DNA of 63,993 nucleotides, the filler included, from Sanchytrium tribonematis (Eukaryota): NCBI GenBank assembly GCA_018985235.1. It is 13 parts of 13 records of this genome, joined end to end, with 100 filler letters (N's around TTAATTAATTAA, not from the genome) between each part and the next. Parts side by side here need not be neighbours in the genome. Positions count along the whole stretch, not along the records: positions 21,584 to 23,906 come from JADGIG010001074.1; positions 24,007 to 26,329 come from JADGIG010001075.1; positions 26,430 to 28,748 come from JADGIG010001076.1; positions 28,849 to 31,160 come from JADGIG010001077.1; positions 31,261 to 50,248 come from JADGIG010000106.1; 8 more parts are not named here. One strand, written 5' to 3'. Positions 22,513 through 35,751 of the stretch are shown one piece after another. How positions within the stretch are numbered: position 1 is the stretch's first letter; every line of letters begins with the position of its first letter. The notes under the pieces are model-generated. The model worked only from the letters and a program-made list of their open reading frames with translations. It did no database searches and was not told the DNA's origin. Made by a program: the position numbers and the translations under genes.

Positions 22513-23906
22513 ATGATTCAATCTTTAAGTGTTCTAGTACTCATTCTTGCTGCATTTTATTTTACCCCATCCACTGAGAAACAAAAAAGAGCCCCAGTCA
22601 CATCTGAATTAATTTGCAAATCTGTCCCATTTCTAGAGCATTCATTAGCTGGTCAACAAGATACTTATTTATTTACAACAGGCACACGTAATACTGGTAT
22701 CAAAGCACCTTATTTTATTGAAAATGTCCCACTCACAGAAAATACCCGTATTAAAGTTAACAATTCAGTCCATTACATTTTAAATACCATTTCACAAAAT
22801 AAGTTACCACCATCTCCTGATTCTACGCCATATAGATCATTATTAACCATTCCCAAATCATCCTATTCTAATTTTGGATTTGCAGAACATCCTGGTACTG
22901 TAGAAATTTGTGATACGCCAGAAATCATGAATTTATATCAACCAGTTAATCAGAATATAGTCATTACTCCATCTATTTGTGATGCCAAATCCCAAATACC
23001 ATTTACAATGGGTGAAAATGGCAATTTATACAGATTTTCATTTGATTCACAAACACCCATGATTTTAGATTTAGCATACCATTCCAATGCATATACCACT
23101 ATTTTAATCTATTTCAACAATCAAGTGCATGTCCTAGACCCTAAAAATGCAAAATCAATTACTTTACAAGGTACTGGATTTGTGGATATTGCAGTATCAG
23201 CAAGTGTTGGATTGGGTCATTTTACATTAGATCAAGTTTATGCATGTCCCGCAAACCAATTAATTACACGTACAGATGTATTTAAAAATCATTTGTGTGC
23301 TACCATCCCAACCAGCCAATTTCTATTTTATCCAACTGGTAGAACAGGAAAAGCAGAAATTATCAATACGGTGTATCAATTTCCAATCTCAGATATCATC
23401 ACATTCCCTGTCAATACCATTTTAAGATCTGGTGTATTTCATACTCAAACATCGTTTCAAGTGTATCAAAATGGCATCACTAAACAAATAGGTCAAAATC
23501 AAGTTTCTATTACTAACAAAGCATTCAAAGCATCTTTATTACAAATGAATGTATTTCATGATCCGTCTGATACATTCTCAATTTGTGCAGATGCATCTAC
23601 TTTGAAACAATTTTTAACCAATTATACTGTGAATTCACCTCAAAATTGCAAATCAATGACTGCGAAAGCAGTAGATGTCAGTAATTTTTATACACCATCC
23701 TCACAAAAGTATGTATTAAATGAATTAATAGATATTTCAAGCACTTTTTCAATGATTACCAAATCACCCAATACCTATTATTTTGGAGAAGCATATTCAG
23801 ATTATTTATTATCTAAAGATACAAGACCACCTGTATTGGGCTTTAAGACATCTGTGCAAGTCTATCAAATGAACCATATTTTAGTGAATTCAAATATTGA
23901 TAAATT
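22513..23906 (+). CDS. Hypothetical secreted/signal-anchored protein, 3' end truncated
   Basis: Open frame of >460 aa beginning MIQSLSVLVLILAAFYF. Confidence 0.65.
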
Positions 23907-24006
23907 NNNNNNNNNNNNNNNNNNNNNNNNNNNNNNNNNNNNNNNNNNNNTTAATTAATTAANNNNNNNNNNNNNNNNNNNNNNNNNNNNNNNNNNNNNN
24001 NNNNNN

Positions 24007-24231
24007 GCCAAGAAATTGAATGAAATGATCATATTAGACATCATCCGATTAAGAATTATTCATCCAGATCAATCTATTTATTATAAAAATCAAGTGCAAT
24101 TGGCATTATATGCCTATCAATCTAAATTAAAAGATCAAACAGATTTGCAACACAAATATCAATGCACGAAACAATATGTAGAGCATTTACAGGATATTTA
24201 TAGCCGTGTACATGCTCAACTTATTCAATAA
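24007..24231 (+). CDS. C-terminal fragment of a hypothetical protein
   Basis: Frame open from the contig start to TAA at 24231. Confidence 0.4.
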   Translation, partial: AKKLNEMIILDIIRLRIIHPDQSIYYKNQVQLALYAYQSKLKDQTDLQHKYQCTKQYVEHLQDIYSRVHAQLIQ

Positions 24232-24315
24232 ATGAAGTATAATAGTTTTGGTCTCATTTTGAAAAAATCAAAAAATGATTTCTCCTAATTTGAATACTAT
24301 TAAAAAGGGCCAAAC

Positions 24316-25389
24316 ATGTTTTTTGTCATTGTATTTTCCATCCAACATTGTATTGTAGGTGCTGGTCCTGGAGGCGTCACTATGTCTCGGCAAATACGAC
24401 GAGAATTTACAGAGAAATCCAATGATGAGTATACTCATAAAATTTTGTTAATTGATGATAAATTTGATGGTGGTAATTTGAATAAAGTAAAGGAATGGAA
24501 AAGTAATCTGTGCTTTCAAACTTATGTCGAATACGGCCAGGAAATGGGACTAGATGAGTTTGAAGATAAACTTCCAGTTTATAGATCTTTTAAAACTGCA
24601 TCCGGCCGAGAAAAACCAACAATCAAACAACTAATTGAATTAATCAATGAATTAAGAGAGTATATGATTGAGAGTCAACAAATTACAATCGCCAGAGCAT
24701 TTGTGACATCTATTCATGTCGTATTATCTCAAGAGACTTTTGAAAGAGAATCTTCGAAAAAAGAAATTTATATTTTATATTCAGAAGATTCCAAGATTGC
24801 AGAGTGTGATTATGTTTACTTGGCATTGGGTGGTTCGCCAAAGTCTCACACTCAGTTGGATGTCTACGAGCAATTAGGTATGTATGATTCACTGGAATAT
24901 TTAAAATATTTAAGCGATGACGAAAAAATTCTAATTAAAAAAAAACATATTTTTATTGTAGGAGTGGGAGATACGGCACATTGGTTGAAATCTGTATTGA
25001 TGAATAATTGTATATCATTTACCACGGTCAACTCTAAAAATGAGTATTATTCCATGACATTCAACACAGGTGGAGGTGTCCAATTCAGTGATTGGCAAGG
25101 AGGTGAATTTGAAAATTTTATACAATCCAGGCACAATTTATTAAAGGACAATATCATTGTCTTTTATGCTCACGGTTTGGAGTCAAATGAAGCGCCACCA
25201 GTCATTTACAATAACAACAAAGTAGAATTGTTAGAGAATAAGTCTGCCCGAAAAATTAAAAGCTATAGAGGTAGTATAGAGGGTCAAAACATCGACCTTT
25301 ATACGATTGGTCTTATGAGTGAAAAAGGTGGTTTTATTAGCTACGCTAATCATGCTAATGATTTGATTAAGTTATTAAAAATTAAATAA
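24316..25389 (+). CDS. FAD/NAD(P)-binding oxidoreductase-like protein
   Basis: CIVGAGPGG dinucleotide-binding motif, VYLALGG, second IFIVGVGDTA motif. Confidence 0.7.
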   Translation: MFFVIVFSIQHCIVGAGPGGVTMSRQIRREFTEKSNDEYTHKILLIDDKFDGGNLNKVKEWKSNLCFQTYVEYGQEMGLDEFEDKLPVYRSFKTASGREKPTIKQLIELINELREYMIESQQITIARAFVTSIHVVLSQETFERESSKKEIYILYSEDSKIAECDYVYLALGGSPKSHTQLDVYEQLGMYDSLEYLKYLSDDEKILIKKKHIFIVGVGDTAHWLKSVLMNNCISFTTVNSKNEYYSMTFNTGGGVQFSDWQGGEFENFIQSRHNLLKDNIIVFYAHGLESNEAPPVIYNNNKVELLENKSARKIKSYRGSIEGQNIDLYTIGLMSEKGGFISYANHANDLIKLLKIK

Positions 25390-25413
25390 ATAATACGCAA
25401 TTTATTAAATGGT

Positions 25414-26329
25414 TTATTGATAATCCCTGGGTGTATTATTTGCGAGTCTATTTGGACTTTGTTTTAAATCACCTTTAATTATATCTGTGAATGCATTATT
25501 AATCAATTCAGCTACCACATTCCTTTTACCAATACTAAAATACAAAGCAGCTATCCCACTGACATATGGAGCAGCAAATGAAGTCCCCTGTAATCTTTCA
25601 GCGCCTCTTAAAAATCCTTTTTTAAATACTTGCATGCCACCCGGTGCAAATAAGGCTACTTTTGGACCATAATTTGAGAATGAACTGACAGTATTATCTT
25701 GATCAATAGAACCAACAAGTAACACATTTGACATTCCATTCAATTCGTCTGCAGTATCTCGAGAATACGCCAATTCATTCTCATTTCCAGCTGATTTAAT
25801 CACAACAGCACCCTTTCTGGTGACTTGATTAATCAATGATTTGAGTCGAGGGAAATTGATGGGTTCTTTGGGTTCTGCAGGTTTTGAATTCTTGTTTGAT
25901 TTATCATTTTCGTCATCTTCTGGATCTAATGGCATAGACACATATCCAATGGACATATTAATAACTACTTTCATTTTATGCTTTTTCATGTCATCAAGAA
26001 TGTATTCGAGAGCTTTAATTTCATTATTCTTTTGTTTTCCGCCTAGCACTTTTAATGATTTAATTCTAGCTTTTGGTGCCACACCATGGTTTTTACCAGC
26101 TATAATGGCTGCTACATAAGTACCATGGCCCTGATGATCAACTGGGGATGATTCTGTGAAATCTAATGCTTCTACTGGATATTCAAATTGGTCAAAATTA
26201 GGATTATATCCCGTATCTAATACATACACGACGGTGCCTTCACCGCCTTCTGCTGGAAACTGATAGGTTCGTTGGTCTCCCAAATTGAGATCTTGATGAG
26301 ATATTCTAGAAGGTCCCCAAGTTTGAGCA
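25414..26329 (-). CDS. Subtilisin-like serine protease (S8, proteinase K-like), 5' end truncated
   Basis: Catalytic triad VYVLDTG / HGTYVA / GTSFAAP; SAGN oxyanion Asn; FSNYG; the frame extends upstream through TWGPSRIS. Confidence 0.93.
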
Positions 26330-26429
26330 NNNNNNNNNNNNNNNNNNNNNNNNNNNNNNNNNNNNNNNNNNNNTTAATTAATTAANNNNNNNNNNNNNNN
26401 NNNNNNNNNNNNNNNNNNNNNNNNNNNNN

Positions 26430-27760
26430 CCTTTTTCAGATAATTCATCATAAAATCCAATGGATTCAATTGCAGCTTCCCAAGCGAGTCCAACAATGTA
26501 CATTGAGTACGGTTTAGAAATGAATTTAGCAGCATAAAGCAGTGTATTGACAGGTAACACGGGGTCATTGATTTTCACGATTGAATAGGCATCGTAATTT
26601 TGAAATGCATCAAAATAAGCGGCTTCAATATCAGATGGTGGCTGTGAATATGTATTACTTAATTTAAGTATTTTTTGTTGGGCTGTGACTCGATTTACGA
26701 GTGCGTTTGGCAACCATGCTGTAATTTTTTCATCTCTGTAATCAAATGCACTTTGTTCAAAATATATATCTTGAAATTCCTCTGGTAATTTCTTAATCCA
26801 ATTATCAACTCTTCCAAAAGTGCCATCGTATTTATATTTAGTACAAATCCCCTGAATTGCTTCAATTTGTTCATCTCTAGAACCTGGTCTCTTCATGAAA
26901 AATGCAATTGCAAAATCATATAGTAAATCTGCAAGTATCAAAATATTATGATCTGTTTTTCTCCCCACAAACATGTACAAACTCAACATCACTTTATAAT
27001 ACACACCATTTTGCATTAAACCATCAAATTGATTGAATAATGAAATTATGGAATTAAATGGATCGAATTTGGCAAAAATAGCCATATAATAAAACAAATT
27101 CACCATTGCCACTGGATCATTTAATTCAAAAATGTCAGTTGCAGTAATAGTTGTTTTTTCAAGTAAATTCTCATACTTTTCACGTAATTGTTTTTCATCT
27201 ACCTCGACCAATATTTCTGGGGTAATTGCTGCATTCATTTCAAGGAATCGATTTGTATTTTGAATAGCAAATCTGTCTTCTTCTGCTGCTTTAGCCTGAA
27301 TGTTTGCTTGACGCTGTCTTTTTTCTTGTTCTTCTTTTTCATTTTGTGCTTTCAATTGCTTTAATTTACCTCGTTGTTCCTCAGTCAATTCATTATCATA
27401 AAATGTGAACTCGTTTAATATTTGATAATAACTAGAAGCCAATGACAATAATTTCTCGTTGAATTGCTTTTTAAGATCGGTGATTTTTGCATTTAATGCA
27501 CTATATGACTGCTCATTCATGTCAGATTGATCATCTTCTTGTTCTTCAACAATATTCTCACTTGTTGGTTTGATCATTGCCTTCAATGCACTTTCTTCCA
27601 AATCTTCAACTTGTTGTTTAAGATTTCTCAAAAAAGAGTCTTCAGTGTCCAATCCATAATATGGCTCGTCCATCGATTGGCGGTCAGATGCATATTTACC
27701 GCGTTTTCTTTTAAGACTTTCAGATAATGCCCCAAATACACACAACAATGCAAACAACAT
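26430..27760 (-). CDS. Hypothetical secreted helical/coiled-coil protein, 3' end truncated
   Basis: MLFALLCVFG signal-like start preceded by TTCCCC, followed by a long open frame. Confidence 0.65.
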
Positions 27761-28016
27761 GGGGAAGGTACTGTCTGTCTCTTTTATGACAAATTGGGGA
27801 AGCATGTGGTCACACAAAAACACTCCTGTCGTACAATTTTAGAATCATCAAATGGACTCCCCCAAACAGAATACTTCTACAATGTCCATCTCGATCCCAA
27901 GTTGTCATTTTAATATTTTCATCATTTGATTGGTCATGTTGAATACCAAGCAATTTGTACGCATCTCATTGGCCATAAATCTATTTTAATCAACCATCTC
28001 CCCAGCAACACCAAAA

Positions 28017-28748
28017 ATGCATTTCTTACAAAACAAATTCAAACCTTCTCATTTGACTCAAATCAGCATCATTTTATTGTCATTGGCATTTATGATGATT
28101 GGGACATCTGCTTGTTATATTTATGACAATAACAGTGACAAAGATGATAAAATGGCAGTTTATGGTAGTTTTATCATTATTTCGAGTATTGTGGGGATGG
28201 GATTGGCATTTACGCATCACAGAATTGGGACATTTGCAGGAATTGGATTAAAGAGCGTATTATCATTTATTGCGGTTATTATTGCTATTGTGAGTGTTGC
28301 TAGTGCTGTAAATCCATACAATGACACGAACTCCACGTCAGAGGATCAAATCACTTACAATGCAGTCATCTCACTCATCATTTCCGTGATTTTCTTTGAA
28401 TCCATCATTTTACTCCAATTATGGTTTAAATCCAAACAACATCATTTTGTCCACATTGCCTCTATTGCAACCATCTCCCTCTTTCTATTCTTGGAAAGTA
28501 TGACTCATTTAGCATTCAATCCATCCACCACTGATTTATCATTTGGATTGGGCATTTGTTTGATTTTGATCAGTTTCATCTCCGTACTCGCCATTTTATT
28601 AAAATTCAGATGGATCCGATTCGGATTAATCATTTTAACCATCATGGCCATGATCTGCTATTTATGTGTCTTGATTGCTATAATGGCACATACTGGTGAA
28701 TATGCAGATTCTGGTACTTTATCATCTCAAGTCATTTCATTCTTTGAA
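28017..28748 (+). CDS. Multi-pass membrane protein with an apparent internal repeat, truncated
   Basis: Seven or more hydrophobic segments; HLTQISIILLSL and HIASIATISLFL halves look alike. Confidence 0.6.
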
Positions 28749-28848
28749 NNNNNNNNNNNNNNNNNNNNNNNNNNNNNNNNNNNNNNNNNNNNTTAATTAA
28801 TTAANNNNNNNNNNNNNNNNNNNNNNNNNNNNNNNNNNNNNNNNNNNN

Positions 28849-31160
28849 CATCGTGGAAAGCAGCAAAGTCAATGATGTCGAATGCAGATTTTCGAAATAA
28901 TTTGATGAATTTAGATTTTGATTCACTCACTCATCATCAGATTCATAGCATTGAAAAGATCATGAAATCCTCTGAATTAAGTCCAGAAAAAATGAAAAAG
29001 ACCTCTTCAGCTGGGCACGCTTTGTTGGAGTATGTAATTAGCATTCTGCAATATCATTACATCATGACTGATATGAAACCCAAAATTAAACAAGTCGATG
29101 AATATGACAAGCAATTAGCAAAGCTCATTGAGAGCAAAGAGCAAGTTCTTTTCGATATTGAAGATTTGGAGCAAGACATTGTGAACTTAAAATTGCAGCT
29201 TTTATCTTTGGAAAAAAGTCTCTTGATTGTTGACAAGAATATTGGTCTTTGGCTAGAAATTGAAAATAAGCTGAATTTCTTAAGATGTCAATTTGATATG
29301 ATAACAAAATTGTGTAATGCCAAAATATCTATATTTGATAGAATCTTGCTTTCAGTAGATCAAGTAAGTTTTCATGCAGTATCAAATTTATTAGGTTATG
29401 CGGAGTACGAGATTCCTGAGTTGTTAGAATTGGCATTATTTGATATATTTAATGGTCTGCAAACTAAAAAGGAAATTCAAAAATACATTTTGTGGTTAAA
29501 TGTTCCTCAGAGGTATATTGTTGAAGATCCTTATCTCCAAATATTTTCAGCTTTGCAAAAATCACCGAATCTTACAATTTTGGATGTTTCGGATCGAAAC
29601 TTAAGAAAAAAAGTGGCCTTTTCTTTAGAAAACAATAAGCACGTTGTTATTGTGACGCCTTGTTCCAGTTTGGTTCCACTCGATGTCGTTCCAGACAAAG
29701 GTCATTTTACAATTTACTGTACTAAGAAAGATTCAGAATTTTACAATCTAGCACCTATTATTTTCAAAGAAAAGTGCTTTCCACTTCCTTGCGACAGTTT
29801 TTATAAGGAAAATTTTGAGAAAATGAGTGATTTGAAAATCCAGTTTCAATCTCATACTGTTCAATTTTTCAATTTGATTGGGTCATTTGTCAAAAGCTCG
29901 GAAGGCCATTTGATTGACGAATTTATTGAAGTCATCTCAAATTACGTTTCAACTGCAACTTCCATTCTAAATTGTAAAAATAATCTTTTATGTTTAAAGT
30001 TTCAAGATTTTTACAGAGAAGAGAATAGTTTATTGCAAATTTACCAATTGTTCCACAAAAATTATGTACTTTCGTCCACACTTCTTTCCACTAAATTATA
30101 TTCTTGCGGATTGGAGTCTGTTTTCAAACAAAGCTTACTGCCTATGCATCAGGCGGACTTTTATACAGGCTCCGCTAGTAGCATTTATGATTGCATTCGA
30201 AATTTAAGTCCATTGGGTCCTGTTTTCCTCTTTTCACATGGTGACTCTAGCTATCAAATCGCAAAAGAAGCTATTTCAATTATTAGCAGAGCCTCAGTAA
30301 AATCTTTGGGGACAAATTCGAACTGTATATATTACAACTTGTTAAACTTATCGAAAAATGAGCTAGTTGAAATTTATCTTCAATTTCTAAATGGCGATAT
30401 TTTCGGATTTATCGACATTCCGTATTTAGAATTAGAGACCGCCGATCCTATATTATTCGAAATTTTAAAATTGGGATTCAAATTAAGCACTTTAGTCCCT
30501 CTAGTTCTGGAGAAGGTTATTTCTAAAAATTTGGAGATTTCAATCAATATGCCAAGCAAAGAGAAATTTTTGACATTTCATTCCATTGTGAGCTTTTATA
30601 TCGAGCTCAACTTAATTGTATTGTACCAGCAGTATTGGTTTGACAATTTGATATCAGTGATCGAAAGTTGCAGCAGTATGGAAATTCAATTCAATTTAGA
30701 ATACTTTTACTTCAATAATCTTCGCAATTTGAATGAAAAAATTATTTGCTCCAACTTGTATGCCTATATCTCATCCGTTTGGGATATTTACGACAGCGAG
30801 GAGAGAATCAAGGTAATTTTGGAACAGTTTCAAGAATCAGATCCATTTCCCTTTTTTGAGTCAACGAAGCCTCTGCCACCGCTTGATAAGTTTAAAGAGT
30901 TTTCCAGCTTACAGTTCCTTGAAGATCTGAATCACGCACAAATGTCTTTTTGGTCTACCTCTCATTACATCGATTTAAAAATGCTTCCAATTCCTAGTAA
31001 TTTACTTTACTTTTTTGACCCTGACTTGCTTTATATTGACGGTATACCGGTCTTGAATGTCTCTTTGAATTCAGTGGAACCACAAAAGTCTGTTCTTGTG
31101 CATGGCATCAATTTAAAAAATGGATTTTTGACCAATGCTGGATTATGTTATGCACAATCA
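28849..31160 (+). CDS. Highly divergent axonemal-type dynein heavy chain, C-terminal part (MTBD/stalk, AAA5, AAA6, CTD)
   Basis: SWKAAKSMMSNADFRNNLMNLDFDSL and SSAGHALLEYV (MTBD), coiled coil, YIVEDPYLQ...LDVSDRNLRKKVAFSLENNK (AAA5), SPLGPVFLFSHG (AAA6), LVHGINLKNG (CTD). Confidence 0.75.
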
Positions 31161-31699
31161 NNNNNNNNNNNNNNNNNNNNNNNNNNNNNNNNNNNNNNNN
31201 NNNNTTAATTAATTAANNNNNNNNNNNNNNNNNNNNNNNNNNNNNNNNNNNNNNNNNNNNTTGTCTTGCACTTTTGAAGGAATGTAGAATCCCATGACTC
31301 TTGTCTCATTAATTTGGATCAAAATATAATCAAATCTTAACAAACGTCCAATGTTTCAAATAAATGCCTCATTTCAGAATTTTGTAAAAGTGGGAGAATT
31401 GGCAAGAACGCTCTCAATTTTAGCTTCTTAAATTAAGATGGTTGAAAGTAACGAATACAGCTTATAAAAGTTCATAAATAACAAAGGGAGTATTTAATTT
31501 ACTGAATTAAGTTTTGTAATTTAATTTGATTTAATGACTTAAACACAATCATGTCGTAACCGATTAAGAAAGTTAATAATTTATTGATGTGTCCTTTTAT
31601 AGACTATGCAAGTATATTCTGTTAAATATAAATACAATGGATTCATCCTTGGGGAATCACGGCTTCCTTGTTCAAAGTGAGTTTGCCTTCTTACTTTTC

Positions 31700-32790
31700 T
31701 TCTTTGATCTGCCATGGATTCATTCTGTGAATATTTACCCTTTCTAATAATCCAGGTTTCAATATTGTAATGGTATTGTTGGAAACTACTTCTTTGACAA
31801 TAAATGGACAATCTTAGTGTGGTGACCACTTATTATCTTTTTCAATTCTTGCATATTTTACGTCAATTCAATTCTTGTCCAGTCGCTCTACATCCATTTT
31901 AACCTGCCTCGGGGGCTCACAAATTGAAGATCTAACATATAAGTAATAATTTGGCATAATATTATACAAATTAAGAAGCATTTCGCTTGGTGATTTCTTT
32001 GTACTTGTATGTGGTGTAACTCGTAAAGCAAATGAAATTAAGGCTATTTTGGCGTGCCATTGATCTCAACCTACACAGCGTATCATGCAAAACACCACAA
32101 TTTGAGAATAATTCTTGGCCTTAAAATTTGGCTCTTGATCAGAAATACAATGATTTGGACGAGGGCAGCGACAAAGTCAGTGCTTATCGATCATTTTTGC
32201 GATAGTACTGGAAGATTATTCTGATAATGGAACTAATTCAGTCCATCTGGAGTATGTGTCAATAATCGTAAGTAAATACTTATATTCAACACCATTTTAA
32301 TCAGTAGAAGAAAGGAAAGAGACTTTGAAGATAATCAATTACCTTATAATTTGAAAGATTATTTTGAGTGTCCGTTGGCCTTAATTTGCCATACGGTTAA
32401 GTTAGATGTGACAATATTTGTCATTCTGGATGTGTGTATCCATTCTCATAATTCTAAAGTCATGCTTCTTGGATGTGTTTTAAAATCTTGATATCGTTAA
32501 TGTAATGTTCGTTTTTGTTTCGAATTTAATCCTTCTAGAACAGAAATTACCTTTTTAAGAGAGGATCATTATTTTGATGATTTTAAATATATAAAAATGA
32601 TAAAGGGTATTCTTCCACCTCATTAATTGTCTCAATTGGAAATTAGTCTCGTGTATACTAGACAACCATCCGCAACATAATTATCCAACCCAGCAATTTT
32701 CTTTATTGTAGGTCTATATTCAGATATTTTGTGCGCTAGTCTTTGCATCATTATTCCTTTCATGGAATTTAAATTTATATTGTGAGTGTT
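31700..32790 (-). mobile_element. Degenerate Ty3/gypsy LTR-retrotransposon relic (RNase H end and integrase)
   Basis: Minus-strand translation GVEYKYLLTIIDTYSRWTELVPL...IDKH*LCRCPRPNHCISDQ and KISEYRPTIKKIAGLDNYVAD, with stops and frameshifts; homologous to 50349-52660. Boundaries approximate. Confidence 0.85.
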
Positions 32791-32804
32791 TAAGTAAGAA
32801 TAGT

Positions 32805-32925
32805 GAAGTTATTAAAGTTCCAGCAGGAATATCAGGTTATTGTCAACTTGCAGATGTTGGTTTGATTAAGAGTTTTAAAGCAGGAATTCGAAAATTTTCA
32901 GTTTGGTTTAATGTTGTAAATGCAT
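32805..32925 (+). mobile_element. pogo/Tc1-mariner (DDE_1) transposase fragment
   Basis: KVPAGISGYCQLADVGLIKSFKAGIR resembles the pogo IP...T..LQPLDV....PFK motif. Confidence 0.6.
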
Positions 32926-34217
32926 TTTAAAAATATGGGGAGGGGGGAGTGGAGTATACTGTCGTAATTACTCACTCAAGTCCCCCTGGGGAGTTAGTTA
33001 GACGTGTGACAAATTTAGGATTGGTGAATAATCCACTTGTTGTTGGAACGATAAGTCATTCCTATTGGTAGACGATCTTCAATATTAAAAATAGCCTGTT
33101 TCGAAAATGGAAAACAACAGTTTAAAGTATCTACCGCCGTAAACCCCACAGCAGACGTGTTTTAGCGTTCTGCAGTAAAACGTCAATTTATGTGAACGAA
33201 TGTTGGCATTCCGAATGGGTCGCTGAGGAAAATTATACTCACGATAAACATGCTTATTGGTTGCTCGGCCAAAATGTCTTTTATTGGTCGCAATGACATT
33301 TAGGTGGCTGGATGCAGCATATTATTAGATAGAAAAAAGCTTTTCGAAACTGATTGGTTGTTGAGTCACTTGGTGGCTATAAACTAGAAAGATTTTTTGC
33401 TGCGGAGACAATTTGGTGGCTTTTGAAATTTTTTTTAGGAAGATAAATAGGGTAACCGCTCTTGAGTTTTTGATGCAATCTGAACTATGCACTAAAAATG
33501 CAGCCCATACAATTTATTACTTCGCAATTTGCATTGAGAAACGCTTATCAGATGCCATTCACAACTATGATCGTTTCCAAACCGGCATAACTCCAGAAAG
33601 CGTTGATAAAACAATTTAAAACATTGATGAGTTTCAGATTGATTCACGTGTGTAGCACGTACTTTTCGCTTTTCATATGCCCCCTTGAGACTCTAGTTTA
33701 AATATGAAAGAAATGGAACTAAAAAAATCCATTTTGAACGATGTCAAAGCTCTTATGGCTGTCAATGATCCACGAGGCATTGTTGATCTATTGCAAAATA
33801 TGGGCATCTTTTTCAGACATTTTGGTACAAAATTTAAATCTTTTGTGTAAATTCAATTTTCCCTAATTTGAAGATTTTTAACTTCGAACCACGATTCTTG
33901 CTTTCAACTTCGATAAATTTACAGTTTTAATTTCAAATTCACAAATTGTAAATTAAATGCATCATTTTTAATAATTTAAATTGTCTCTAATGTAATTTTT
34001 GAGTGAAACAAATAAGGATTATTGTATCTCCTTTTTACCCCCTTTATTGTATTCAATAATTTGATAAATGTTTAGTTATTAGTGAAGACAGAAAGAGCAT
34101 AAAAAGCGGAACATGATACGTTAATAAATCTTGTAATTTATTTCTTTTATGGATGTACAATAGTGGATCATTGATAAAACAAGTTCACGGGACATTGAGT
34201 CATTTATTTAAACAAAA

Positions 34218-35603
34218 TTATAATACAAATGAGGAAATTGTACCCAGTATCGAAGCTGGGATGCTTAATGAAATAATCGTGTAGATCAAGTATTTCTCAC
34301 ACATGTTGCAATCACACAACCGGAGATAGAAGATACATGGTAGGATTATACTGACTGCAAATGAAAACAATGAACCTACGATGCTCATCACTTTATCGAA
34401 AGACGGAAATGCCAAAGAGATCACTAAAATAATAAGGCTGGCTGTAGTGCTGCAAAAATACCGCCATAAATTTGTTGAATTATTAAAATATTCTTGAACA
34501 CATGATTCGAGGGTTATCGAAATTGGTCTAACTACAAGCGGAAACTTAGACAACGGACCAAGAATCATCAAAAATACTAAAAAGTTGTTCGCAAATTTGG
34601 AATATTGTGCAATTTGAGACATATTTATGGTAATTTCGCTGACTAAATCACAACCAAACATCAAGTAGCCGCAAAATGCAACACAAAAGTACACAAAACA
34701 AATTAGCCAGTATGAGATATTTAACATGGAATTAAACTCTCTTTTCTCCTTCATGTCGTTGTAGACAGACGGAACACACCCATGCGCAGCGTAGCTCGAC
34801 ATTATCAATCCACTCGCCATCTAGAAACTCCAAAATCCTAATGGTAAAAACCTTGTTTGCATTGGATTGACTAAAGATCCTGGCTGGACTTTGACAGTCA
34901 ATCCTTCAGCAATCAGTAGCACAGATAAGTACACAAAGGTCGCAATTCCCATCAAGGAGGTATAGCTTAAAATTTTCACAGAATTGCTCCACAAAAATGG
35001 AGTAACAATTAAAAAAGCTACAAATTTGGTTACTTTACCATCCAAAGATATAAATACCGACATGCTATCTTCGATCAAAATTAACAAGGCAACTCCAGCC
35101 GCAACTAGTTCTAAAATAAACATGACACTCACTATTTTGCCATACTTCCCCAAAGCTGCGTACGCAACATCACTATAAGTTTTAAGGTTTGAATTACTCA
35201 TACATTTGCCAAGCAATTTGCCGGTATAATTTGTCAAGAGAGAGTACAATATAAATAAGCCAATTCCAAAAATCCAACCACTAAGATACAAAGCATAAGG
35301 AAGTGCCAGAATGCTGATTCCCATTAAAATGTTAACCGTGTTAAATATCGTCTGATACTTAGATGTTCCGTCTTGGTCCACCACTTCAACTGGATTCGGC
35401 AACAGAAGATCACCGGATTCGATAGATGATTCCTCAGATGCAGTAGCTGATATCGGGAATGATTGCGTTTTTAGCATCTGCATTTGGGAATATTCCAAAG
35501 ATCTCCCATAAGATTCTGAAAAGCTTTGCGTCACCTCTGAGAATCTCCTAACATGATCTGTAGCACTGATTGAAATGGCACGAGCGCGGTTGTGTAGGGA
35601 CAT
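34218..35603 (-). CDS. Avt1-like vacuolar amino acid transporter (Aa_trans), interrupted by an in-frame TAG at 34821-34823
   Basis: QTIFNTVNILMGISILALPYA, YTGKLL, TYSDVA, AHGCVPSVYNDM, IILPCIFYL; both ORFs are in the same frame. Confidence 0.85.
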
Positions 35604-35751
35604 AAATATTAACAATTTAAAACAAGGACTATCAAATTTTGAGATAATATCCAAATTTTGATTGGATAATAACAATGACAAGCTCCTTCTCCACTGATTG
35701 GTAACAATTTGATATTTATTTTAATATAAACAATTACCTTCCCCTCATAAC

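Noticed and set aside
34218..35603. Genome-wide TAG/TAA reassignment (as in some aphelids)
   Set aside because: Conserved proteins end correctly at TAA/TAG (Nox KENF-TAG, ArgRS ERM-TAA), and other ORF breaks are explained by tiny introns or frameshifts.
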